A stretch of 64,000 nucleotides of DNA, from positions 1-64,000 of the IMG/VR virus record IMGVR_UViG_3300046674_000314; one strand, written 5' to 3'. The stretch is from a virus. A program made the position numbers and the translations under genes. Each line of letters begins with the position of its first letter. The stretch's first letter is position 1. Below, one piece after another: positions 47,624 through 56,335 of the stretch. The notes beneath the pieces were generated by a model that saw only the letters and a list, made by a program, of their open reading frames with translations, ran no database searches and had not been told where the DNA came from.

Positions 47624-47990
47624 GTCTTGGGTTCCTTATTGCGTTGATAAGCCAGCGGAAGCCCGCTAGCACGAGATACACTAGTGCTGATGCGATGAAG
47701 CCGTAAATGATAGCCCATGTTTGCGCGCGCTTTTCCCCCTCCCAAGTGCATTCGGTCGGAGATTGCGGGTACAGGACCGCTAATTGCTGAGTCGATAGGC
47801 CAGCCGGGACGCGCCCCGCTTCATTCTCGTCGAGTACCTTGCCCCAATCGACGGCGTACCCGCTGGTTTCGACCTGCTGGTTATACTTCGCTCGGCATGC
47901 GTCGGCATGATAAACGTTTGACATGGCAAAGCCGAAGCCAGCCACCGTTAGGCCTGCTGCGACTGCTAATGTGGCTAGCTTGCATTTCAT
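47607..47990 (-). CDS. Membrane-anchored periplasmic protein (moron-like)
   Basis: N-terminal signal/TM, two further Cys, C-terminal TM; antisense inside the morphogenesis module. Confidence 0.65.
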   Translation of the reverse strand: MKCKLATLAVAAGLTVAGFGFAMSNVYHADACRAKYNQQVETSGYAVDWGKVLDENEAGRVPAGLSTQQLAVLYPQSPTECTWEGEKRAQTWAIIYGFIASALVYLVLAGFRWLINAIRNPRHEFTH

Positions 47991-48139
47991 GGTCGGATTG
48001 ATCCGCTGATTGAATGATACCAATTATAGGCGCGCCATTAGAAAACGCCATATAGGTGAACAAAAAAGGTGAGACATAGCTGTTGACTGTTCTGTAGATC
48101 TTGGAGTATCCTGTAATTTAACCCAACGGAGGTTGTACC

Positions 48140-48928
48140 ATGGCAAAATCGAAAGCTGACGATAGCTTGCTGACGCCCGCTGAGCAGCAAATGAGCGCCG
48201 AAGCAAGCGACCCGGCACAGCCGGAAACCCCTGCACAGTCGGATGCTCCGGAAACGGCGCAATCGACCACGCAGGACAAGGTCGAAGACCAAGAACCGGC
48301 CAAGTTCGACGATCCGAAGCCCGCAGACGCACCTGTGCTGAATACGCCGTGGACCGCGCCTGCTGATGGTAATAGCGACCATACCCCGGCACCGGACGGC
48401 ACGCCCGCTCAGTCGCCGCTGGTCGAAAGCACGATTTCGGCTGACGAAGCTGCGCAGAACCCCGCAACGGCTAGCCAGCCGCCCGGCGCAACTGTGCTTG
48501 CAACTCCGGACGCCGAGAAGCCGAGCACGGTCGTTGCCGTCGAGCAACCGGCTACAATTCCCGATCCTGCGCAAGCTGCCGATCCGGACGTGAAGCCCGC
48601 AGACGTGCAAGAAGTGCCGAATCCGAATCTGGTGACGAACCAAAGCACGGATATCCCGGCACCGATCAACCCGGATGCAATCGGCCCGACTCCGGCGCCG
48701 ATCACGCACGAAGAAGCGGTCGCGCATATCGCTGCGCAAGACACGACGATTCCGGAAGATCAAAAGGGCTTTTCGTCGGGCGGCACCACCGCTGTGGCGG
48801 CAGCCGAACCGACGCATAAGGGCGTTCTCGACGCGCTCATGATGGACTTGGAAGGGATTGCGGCAATGGGTAAGGCGGAAATCATCGCCCTTATCGACAT
48901 TGCCCGCGCGCGTCTCGACGAACTGTAA
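48140..48928 (+). CDS. Acidic Pro/Ala/Thr-rich disordered protein
   Basis: GGAGG RBS, TTGACT-18-TATCCT promoter upstream, hairpin downstream. Confidence 0.75.
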   Translation: MAKSKADDSLLTPAEQQMSAEASDPAQPETPAQSDAPETAQSTTQDKVEDQEPAKFDDPKPADAPVLNTPWTAPADGNSDHTPAPDGTPAQSPLVESTISADEAAQNPATASQPPGATVLATPDAEKPSTVVAVEQPATIPDPAQAADPDVKPADVQEVPNPNLVTNQSTDIPAPINPDAIGPTPAPITHEEAVAHIAAQDTTIPEDQKGFSSGGTTAVAAAEPTHKGVLDALMMDLEGIAAMGKAEIIALIDIARARLDEL

Positions 48929-48983
48929 GACGAAATAAAACCGCGGGGGCGGGGTTACCTCCGCGGTCTACTGAGCCACTCTC

Positions 48984-49274
48984 ATGACGACAAAAACAGA
49001 ATTCATTGCCGATCCGGACTCAGACCGGACGATTATTGCCCATACCGAAAACTTCGATGGGTTGATTGACCACAATAAGGCTTTGCAGAACGAAGGACAC
49101 CACGGCACCAAGGATATGAAGCATGTCGCCAATATCCCGGGTATCGTTATCGAGCAGTACTGTTTCATGCGGGGTGTGTCTTGGGCTGAATTTTGGGCCG
49201 ACAACAAGCACATCAAAACGATTCTCAATGACCCTGATATGGCCTATTTCCGGGTCGCACCGGGTAAGGTATAA
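48984..49274 (+). CDS. Conserved podoviral small protein
   Basis: HVANIP.IVIE...LNDPD..YFRV pattern. Confidence 0.75.
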   Translation: MTTKTEFIADPDSDRTIIAHTENFDGLIDHNKALQNEGHHGTKDMKHVANIPGIVIEQYCFMRGVSWAEFWADNKHIKTILNDPDMAYFRVAPGKV

Positions 49275-49275
49275 A

Positions 49276-49581
49276 ATGACATTCCTTCTTCAAGCCACCA
49301 GAAGCGTTCGAGGTGTCGCGTCGTTAGCAGGTGCGGGTACGCATGGCCAACTCGCCCACGATGATTCGAATGGAGATATTTGGATCAACCTGAAAGGTAG
49401 CTGGTTCAAGATCAGCAGCGCAGGCGTCGCAACCCAATCCGCTGTGGTTACCAATGGCCAGACCGTCACGCTGCAAAAGTCGGATGGGACCACGTCGGCA
49501 GGCAATGCGACGTTGAATAGCCCGGCAACAATCAACGTGTCGAACCTCGGCGTTGTCACTTCGGTCAAAGCGAGCGCTTAA
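49276..49581 (+). CDS. Small virion-associated protein
   Basis: Tight operon packing. Confidence 0.6.
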   Translation: MTFLLQATRSVRGVASLAGAGTHGQLAHDDSNGDIWINLKGSWFKISSAGVATQSAVVTNGQTVTLQKSDGTTSAGNATLNSPATINVSNLGVVTSVKASA

Positions 49582-49584
49582 ACC

Positions 49585-50193
49585 ATGGCTATCGAAAGCT
49601 ACGCGGACCTGCAAGCAAGCATGCAGAAGTACCTGAAGCGGCAAGATTTGGCCGCTTTGCTGCCTGACTTTATCACGCTCGCTGAAGAGTATTTCAACGA
49701 TAACGTGTTCACGCGTGCGCGCCGCGTATCTTACGTTATTACACCAATGCAGTATACGGTACCCCTCCCGAGCGATTGGGAGCGGGTTGCCGACGTTTGG
49801 TACGATACTCGGCAACTGGACTTTCGTGGTCCGGGTAGCGATACGGCTTACTCGGGTGCGAATAACAATCCGGCTGCATACGGTATCTACCAAATTATCG
49901 GGAACACTCTCGCGTTCAGCGCGCGGGCGGCTCAGCTAGGCGCCAAGCTGCAAATCGACTATTTCCCGACGCTTGAACCGCTGAGCGATACCAACGTCTC
50001 AAACTGGCTGCTAGAGGATAGCCCCAGCACCTATTTGTATGGGGCGCTGAAAGAAGCGGCCATTTACATTCGGGATGATGCCCGGCTACAACTCTGGCAA
50101 TCTTTGCGAGACCAAGCGATCCAAAGTAAAATCGACGCAGATACCGCGGCGAAAACGCCGATGGACGGACCCTTGCAAATTGTGGCGGGCTAA
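49585..50193 (+). CDS. Head-tail adaptor
   Basis: YADLQ...RQDL...PDFITLAE; SNWLL...YLYGAL.EA. Confidence 0.8.
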   Translation: MAIESYADLQASMQKYLKRQDLAALLPDFITLAEEYFNDNVFTRARRVSYVITPMQYTVPLPSDWERVADVWYDTRQLDFRGPGSDTAYSGANNNPAAYGIYQIIGNTLAFSARAAQLGAKLQIDYFPTLEPLSDTNVSNWLLEDSPSTYLYGALKEAAIYIRDDARLQLWQSLRDQAIQSKIDADTAAKTPMDGPLQIVAG

Positions 50194-51665
50194 TGGCTGC
50201 GACTATTCCATTTTTCGGCTTCACGCCGAATGCTGATCCGACCACGCCCGGCGCGGTGATGGATTGCCAAAATATGATCCCTACGCGCCGTGGGATGCGC
50301 TCAGCGCCTTCCCCGGTGCCCTTTGGCAATCCTGCCTTCGGCGCCCCCGTGACAGGCGGGGCGACCGTTGAACTACTCAATGGTACATACCGGACCATTA
50401 TTGGGATCGGTATCGCCTTGTTCGAAGTTGTTGGCGCTGTAAACAACAACATCAGCGGATCAACCTATACCGGTGGTGCGAACAAATGGCGCTTCGCTCA
50501 GTTCGGCAATGCGACGCTCGGGGTCAATGGCGCGGACTTGATCCAGCAGTCGATTAGTTCGGGCGCGTTTTCGTCAATTGCCGGATCACCTGTGGCTAGC
50601 ATCATTGAAACGGTGCAAGGCTTCGTATTCCTTTTTGATACGACTGATGGAGTGAATGGGCATCGTTCGAATGGTTGGTGGTGCTCTGGTCTATATGACC
50701 AAACGAATTGGACTCCGTCGCAAGCAACCCAGTGCGCAAATGGCGTCAACGTCGATACCCCGGGTGGCTTCACCGCAGCCAAAGCGCTCGGCACCAATAT
50801 TGTTGCTTTTAAGCAGCAATCGATGTATTACGGCACCTACCAAGGGCCACCGGTCATTTGGGGCTTCAACCAAATTTCCCCGATCATTGGTACGCCGTCG
50901 CAAGAGTGTGTTATATCGGTTGGCACGAATCTATTTTTCTTAGGTTCGGACTATCAGGTTTATTCGTTCGATGGCACGCGCCCGCTTCCGATTGGCGATG
51001 ACGTGCGTGAATGGCTGAGCACCAATTGGTCCGCAACCTATCAGGGGGCGGTCTGGTCATATCACGATCAACCAAACAACCTGATCTATTGGTATTTCTG
51101 CTCCAAGAACTCGTCGGATGGTATTCCGGACAAGTGCTTGGTGTATAACTATAATACCAATAAATTCGGACGTGCTGACAACAAGGTCGAAGCTGCATTG
51201 CAGGCGATTTCCGGTCAGATCACTTGGGACGGTATGGGCGCGCTTCCGAACGTGACCACATGGGATTCGCTCCCGCAGATTCCGTATAACTCTGCCTATT
51301 GGGCGCAGTCATCGGCGCTTCCGGCTATTGTCGATACCACCCATACCCTGCTGACACTCTCGGGTGCTTCGGCAGCTAGCTCATTGACTTCGGGATGGTT
51401 CGGAGACGATTATGACTATCAGTACGTCCTTGGCATCGTCCCGCGCTTTAAGAAAATCCCTACATCGTGCAATGGCACCGCGCGCACACAGCGACACTTG
51501 GATAGCGACAGCGCAGCAGACCAAACGATTACGCTCCCAAATATGTTCGATGGTGAGATTGCTTGCGATTTCTCGACAAGATGGACACAAATAATCTTGA
51601 ATTTTACAGGCACCCATGAAATACTAGGGGCTGTTCCCCGCACCATACCGGCAGGTTCGATTTAA
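50193..51665 (+). CDS. Tail nozzle/stabilisation protein
   Basis: Beta-propeller-like 490 aa after the adaptor; WRFAQFG, LVYNY motifs. Confidence 0.75.
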   Translation: MAATIPFFGFTPNADPTTPGAVMDCQNMIPTRRGMRSAPSPVPFGNPAFGAPVTGGATVELLNGTYRTIIGIGIALFEVVGAVNNNISGSTYTGGANKWRFAQFGNATLGVNGADLIQQSISSGAFSSIAGSPVASIIETVQGFVFLFDTTDGVNGHRSNGWWCSGLYDQTNWTPSQATQCANGVNVDTPGGFTAAKALGTNIVAFKQQSMYYGTYQGPPVIWGFNQISPIIGTPSQECVISVGTNLFFLGSDYQVYSFDGTRPLPIGDDVREWLSTNWSATYQGAVWSYHDQPNNLIYWYFCSKNSSDGIPDKCLVYNYNTNKFGRADNKVEAALQAISGQITWDGMGALPNVTTWDSLPQIPYNSAYWAQSSALPAIVDTTHTLLTLSGASAASSLTSGWFGDDYDYQYVLGIVPRFKKIPTSCNGTARTQRHLDSDSAADQTITLPNMFDGEIACDFSTRWTQIILNFTGTHEILGAVPRTIPAGSI

Positions 51666-51991
51666 TGGCACGAATTACCGATCCACAGCTTCCGACGACG
51701 GGCACCGGCCCGCTGGTCAATATGACCATTGCATTGGTCAAGTACCTGCGTCAGATTCAGGTTCAAATCAATGCAATGTCGGGCGGCTCCATATCGGCTA
51801 GTACAGCGGCCAATACCGCCCCTCCGGTAGCGGGGAACAAACAGATATATACACAAGGGGATTTCATCCCCAATTTAAACCCCGTTCAACTTGGCAGTGC
51901 TGGCTCAATGTATGTGGTCACCGGCTGGATTTGCATTGCCAGCGGAACACCTGGCACATGGGTCGCTTGCCGTTCTCTCACAGGTAACTAA
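51665..51991 (+). CDS. Small tail protein
   Basis: GWICIASGTPGTW fibre-associated motif. Confidence 0.65.
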   Translation: MARITDPQLPTTGTGPLVNMTIALVKYLRQIQVQINAMSGGSISASTAANTAPPVAGNKQIYTQGDFIPNLNPVQLGSAGSMYVVTGWICIASGTPGTWVACRSLTGN

Positions 51992-51992
51992 A

Positions 51993-52451
51993 ATGGACGA
52001 AACTGAAGTCGTCAAGAATCTGGACCCGGCAGACCATCCGACGCCGCCCCCGAAGCGCATGGCGCCGGTGGCCCCTGCGGACCTGAAGTACGTCTGGCCG
52101 TCGATCCGTGATCGGGTGGCGAAGATCGAAAGCCCGGAAGAAACGATTCCCGAAGAAGTCTATGCCATGTGCGTGACGAATGCGGCAACGCTCTTTCAAC
52201 TGTTCATCGACGATGAGCCGATCGGCCTTCTGGTCGTCCGCTTGATTCAACCGGACCTGCATATCTGGCTGCTGAGTGCGGATAATGGCTACGACGTGAT
52301 GACGACTTTCCGTCCGGACTTGATGGAAATCGCACGGCGCGCTGGCGCTCAAAAGCTGACTTATGGCTCCCGGCGCCGAGCATGGCAGGAAGTGTCGAAA
52401 GACCATGGCTTCTCAGTTCGCATGATCGTTTATGAGGCAAAGGTCGAATAA
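51993..52451 (+). CDS. GNAT-fold-like assembly protein
   Basis: Position before the ejection genes; LHIWL...GSRRRAW. Confidence 0.55.
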   Translation: MDETEVVKNLDPADHPTPPPKRMAPVAPADLKYVWPSIRDRVAKIESPEETIPEEVYAMCVTNAATLFQLFIDDEPIGLLVVRLIQPDLHIWLLSADNGYDVMTTFRPDLMEIARRAGAQKLTYGSRRRAWQEVSKDHGFSVRMIVYEAKVE

Positions 52452-52566
52452 GCAACAGATTATGACCGTGCGCTCGGTTGGATTGTTGATATAGAATCAG
52501 AACAATCCTACCAACTTGGCGGCTGACTCCTTCGTGGACTCAGCCGCTTTTGTTTGAGTCAAGCAC

Positions 52567-53571
52567 ATGTCATCAAAAGGCAGCGGTGGCAGCACTACAA
52601 CGACACAAGAACTGCCAGCATGGGCACAGCCCTACGCTCAGCAGCTTTTGACGCGCGGTGCTGACCTTTCGAATCAAGCGGTCCCGACGTATAACGGTCA
52701 AATGACCGCGGGCCTTAGCGATGCTACGCAAGCCGGTATTGGCGGGCTAGGAACGGTAGCGGGCCAGTCGCAGAATACGGCGAATGCAGCCACGCAGTAT
52801 TACCAATCGCTCATGGGTCAAACTGGCCCGAGTCTCAACAATCCGTATACCGGCAATGTCTCGTCGACCAACGCCAGCAGCGTTTACTCGAACCCTGCGA
52901 ACAACCCGTATCTCGCGCAAGCGGTCGATGCTGCGAACTCGCGCATTACCGACGCCTATTCAAACGTCACCGCCCCCACGACTCTCGCACAGTTCCGGAA
53001 TGCGGGTGCTTTCGGTGGCTCTGCGCAAGACCAGTATACGGGCACACAGCAGAAACAACTGGCGCAAGCGCTCAGTGACAATACCAGCGGTATGTACAAT
53101 TCTGCGTACAACCAAGCGGCTGGCATCGATGCGAATTTGCAGGCGCAAAACGCACAGCAAGCCAATCAGGTCGCACTCGCCAATCAATCTGTGGGCACAA
53201 ACGCAAACAACGCGCTCAATACGCAGAATTCCAGCAACTATTACTCGAACATCAACGCAGTCCTCCAAGGTCTGCAAGGTGCTCAATCGGCGAATACCGC
53301 AGCAGGTACGGCGGCGGGCAACTTGGCAACTGGCGGCCAAATTCAACAGCAAAACTCGCAAGACGCGTTGAACTCGGCCTACCAGCAATGGTACAATCAG
53401 GTCAATGCACCGTACACCCAGCTGTCCACATTGTCCGGCGCGCTCTCCGGTGCTCTCGGTTCGGGCACGGGGGTTTCGACTTCGAGCCAAACGGCTGGTT
53501 CGGGCAACTCGCTGGCTACGCTGCTGGGCTTGGGCGCCACCGGTATCGGCGCTTATAACGCGTTCAAGTAA
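52567..53571 (+). CDS. DNA ejection/pilot protein
   Basis: TTTQELPAWAQPY, NPYL, GAFGGS; Q/N/A/G-rich. Confidence 0.7.
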   Translation: MSSKGSGGSTTTTQELPAWAQPYAQQLLTRGADLSNQAVPTYNGQMTAGLSDATQAGIGGLGTVAGQSQNTANAATQYYQSLMGQTGPSLNNPYTGNVSSTNASSVYSNPANNPYLAQAVDAANSRITDAYSNVTAPTTLAQFRNAGAFGGSAQDQYTGTQQKQLAQALSDNTSGMYNSAYNQAAGIDANLQAQNAQQANQVALANQSVGTNANNALNTQNSSNYYSNINAVLQGLQGAQSANTAAGTAAGNLATGGQIQQQNSQDALNSAYQQWYNQVNAPYTQLSTLSGALSGALGSGTGVSTSSQTAGSGNSLATLLGLGATGIGAYNAFK

Positions 53572-53580
53572 GGGGCTGCT

Positions 53581-54048
53581 ATGGGTTCGAAAAGCAATGG
53601 CGGCGCCGTGGACTTCACGCAGGGGATCGGCGGTATGGCGAATGGAGGAAAGCCGGGAGGATTCAACTTCTCGGCACCTGACGATTCGGCTACTGCTGGT
53701 GGTCCGCAGCCGATGGCAGGCTTGACCGGAGTAGCTTCAGGAATGGGCGGCGACTATACCGCGGGTAACATGGACGGAATCTCGTCCGGACCTTCAGAGT
53801 ATCAGTTTACGACCACTGGTGGTTATTCTCCGGACATAAATAAGCTGGGTGCCTCGCTGGGAATGGGTGCAGCGCTGGCTGATCCTACGGGCGGACAAGG
53901 CGGCCAGCGCATGATGACCAATAGCGCCGGGCGTCATCTGCAAGCACAACAATTCATGACCGGGCTTGCGCCGACCTTGGGTGCTTCGGGTTCGCAAGCT
54001 GGTAACGGTCTACTTCAACTGCTCCAAAAATACCAGGTCGGCCGATAA
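53581..54048 (+). CDS. Gly-rich internal virion protein
   Basis: Operon context. Confidence 0.6.
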   Translation: MGSKSNGGAVDFTQGIGGMANGGKPGGFNFSAPDDSATAGGPQPMAGLTGVASGMGGDYTAGNMDGISSGPSEYQFTTTGGYSPDINKLGASLGMGAALADPTGGQGGQRMMTNSAGRHLQAQQFMTGLAPTLGASGSQAGNGLLQLLQKYQVGR

Positions 54049-54548
54049 TGGGCACAAGACAAAATGGGAATACCCCCAGCGCATCAAGCCAACTGAACGG
54101 GCTGGTGAGTCAATCGCGCGGGCTTATCGGCGGTCTGACGGCTGGGCTTGGTGGCGGCTCTGGCGCTGCAACTGCTGCGGCAACTCCCGGCGCCATTAGC
54201 GCTGTGGCTGCCCCTGCTGGGCTTTCCGGCGTTGGGGCTGGGACCGAGCTTGCATCGATGGCCCCGACCTCGGTGGCGCCTATGTCCACTGGCGCCACGG
54301 GCGGTCTTGGCGGCCTTAGCGCTGCGGGCACCGGGCTGGGCTTGGGCTTGGCTGGCAATATCGGCGGTGCGCTGCTTCAAGGTACTGTCGATCCGAACCA
54401 CTCGGGCAACTCATTCGGCAATAGTGCAGGCGCAGCACTGAAAGGCGCAGGGACCGGTGCGGCGATTGGCTCAATTGTTCCGGGTGTCGGAACAGCCATC
54501 GGTGCAGGTATCGGCGGCTTGGGTGGTCTGCTGTCTTCTTTCTTCTAA
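54048..54548 (+). CDS. Glycine-zipper ejection protein
   Basis: GAGTGAAIGSIVPGVGTAIGAGIGGLGG. Confidence 0.7.
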   Translation: MGTRQNGNTPSASSQLNGLVSQSRGLIGGLTAGLGGGSGAATAAATPGAISAVAAPAGLSGVGAGTELASMAPTSVAPMSTGATGGLGGLSAAGTGLGLGLAGNIGGALLQGTVDPNHSGNSFGNSAGAALKGAGTGAAIGSIVPGVGTAIGAGIGGLGGLLSSFF

Positions 54549-54556
54549 GGTGAACC

Positions 54557-56332
54557 ATGCCTTTGCTTGACTCTCTCCAAGGCGGCGGCAGCTATCCGGC
54601 AGTAGCACCGACCGGTCGCAACTTGCTCGACATGCTGAAAGACGCTTTGTCGAGCGATCCGAGCGCGCAAACGCCCGATAGCCCGAGCGCGGCAGACCTC
54701 GCCTATGCGCAAGCAACGCGCGATGCAAACGCCCAACTCGCGCCGAAAAGCCAGTTTTCGGGCCAACCGTATGCAATGGGAACGCAAGACCCCAACGCCA
54801 CGCCAGCCTTCGCGCCCGGCACCGGTTCACCGGCTGGTTTCGGCGGATCGGCTCCCGTAGCAGCACCCCTTGTGGCTAGTCCCGCTCCCGTTACCGCTGC
54901 GCGCCCGGCGGTCCGTGCTCCGCAAGTCGGATCGAATCTGTTCAGCCCTTCCGGGAGCCTTCCGCTCCAAGCGGTGGGCGATGGTTCGATTCCGGCTGTT
55001 CAGGCTGGGCAAGATAGCCCGCAAGACTTGACGCAACCACCGGTCGATGGCTCGCCTGATGTTCAAGGCGGCTCGACGACCAGCGGCTTGTTAGGCGACC
55101 TCCAAGGTGCTGCGCAAGACCCTGAACAGGCACATGGCTTGCTGCAATCGTTTGGCGAGAAAGCTAAAGCACTAGGCGAAAAGCTGACGAGTCTGTCCCC
55201 GAACGCCTCGCAAGCCCTTCTGGCGGGCGGGCTGAGCATGCTCGCGTCGAATGACGGCACTCGTAATCTCGGGCAAGTGGTTGGTATCGGCGGTATCTCG
55301 GGCATCAACAACTATCAGACGAACGTTCAGAACCAAGCTCGCAACGCGATTGCGAATCAGCAGTTGGACATTAAGAATCGCCAGCTTCAGCAGGAACAGT
55401 TCCTGAAGCTTCGTCAGCAGCAACTCGAAGAGTGGAAGGCGAAGAACACGCCGATCGTTGTTGCTCCCGGATCGGGCGTCACGACCAATGATCGAGTGGC
55501 GCAAGGCTTGCCCCCGATTGGTGGCGGGGATGCGGTTAAGGAGTACCGGAAAGTACAAGGCCCGGACGGTGTCACATATAACCAAGCATTCGGCTATAGC
55601 GGTCAAGCCATCGGCCAGCCGACCGTCGAGAGTGATCCGTATGTCGGCCCGCTGAATGGCGACGAGCGCAAAGCGGTCGAAGGCTATCAAACGCAGGTTG
55701 CCACCGGCAAGCAGAATCTGTCGCGGATCAATCAATACCTGCAACAGCTTTCGCCTACGATGGTGGATGCAAACGGGCAAACCGTTGCGAACCCGAACTT
55801 TGTCGATGTGCCGGGCGGGCTGCAAGCACATGCACAGAATCTGTGGACAAAGCTCACTGGCGACCAGAATGCAGCGCAGCAACTTCGCACGCAGATCGCG
55901 CAGAGCGTCACGAAGGACCAGCTGTTGCAGTACAAGGAAGGGGTTGGCGGTCGCTTGACGAATGCTGACATTAACTTGCTTTCCGCTGGTCTGCCGACCG
56001 GTTCTGGCAATGGTGAAGCGCTTTACAACTACCTGAAGAAGTACGCAACTTATCAGGAAGATGTTATCAATCACCAAGCCAAGCAAGCCGATTTTGCAGC
56101 GGCAAACCGCGGCGACCTGTCTCCGCTCAATCGCAGCACGACAATCAATGGCGTCACGGTCCCGAAAGGTACGACGTTTCAAGATTATGTCAGTGGCAAG
56201 TTTGCGAAGAGTGGGGCACAATCGACGGGTGGCGGCAACCCGGCTACACTCCTGATGCAGGTGCGGACAGCAGCGCGCAACGGTAACGCAGATGCGCAAA
56301 ACGAACTCAAGAAACGTGGACTTACCTGGTAA
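54557..56332 (+). CDS. DNA ejection protein
   Basis: 591 aa, Q/G-rich; GRLTNADI motif; position. Confidence 0.7.
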   Translation: MPLLDSLQGGGSYPAVAPTGRNLLDMLKDALSSDPSAQTPDSPSAADLAYAQATRDANAQLAPKSQFSGQPYAMGTQDPNATPAFAPGTGSPAGFGGSAPVAAPLVASPAPVTAARPAVRAPQVGSNLFSPSGSLPLQAVGDGSIPAVQAGQDSPQDLTQPPVDGSPDVQGGSTTSGLLGDLQGAAQDPEQAHGLLQSFGEKAKALGEKLTSLSPNASQALLAGGLSMLASNDGTRNLGQVVGIGGISGINNYQTNVQNQARNAIANQQLDIKNRQLQQEQFLKLRQQQLEEWKAKNTPIVVAPGSGVTTNDRVAQGLPPIGGGDAVKEYRKVQGPDGVTYNQAFGYSGQAIGQPTVESDPYVGPLNGDERKAVEGYQTQVATGKQNLSRINQYLQQLSPTMVDANGQTVANPNFVDVPGGLQAHAQNLWTKLTGDQNAAQQLRTQIAQSVTKDQLLQYKEGVGGRLTNADINLLSAGLPTGSGNGEALYNYLKKYATYQEDVINHQAKQADFAAANRGDLSPLNRSTTINGVTVPKGTTFQDYVSGKFAKSGAQSTGGGNPATLLMQVRTAARNGNADAQNELKKRGLTW

Positions 56333-56335
56333 ACC

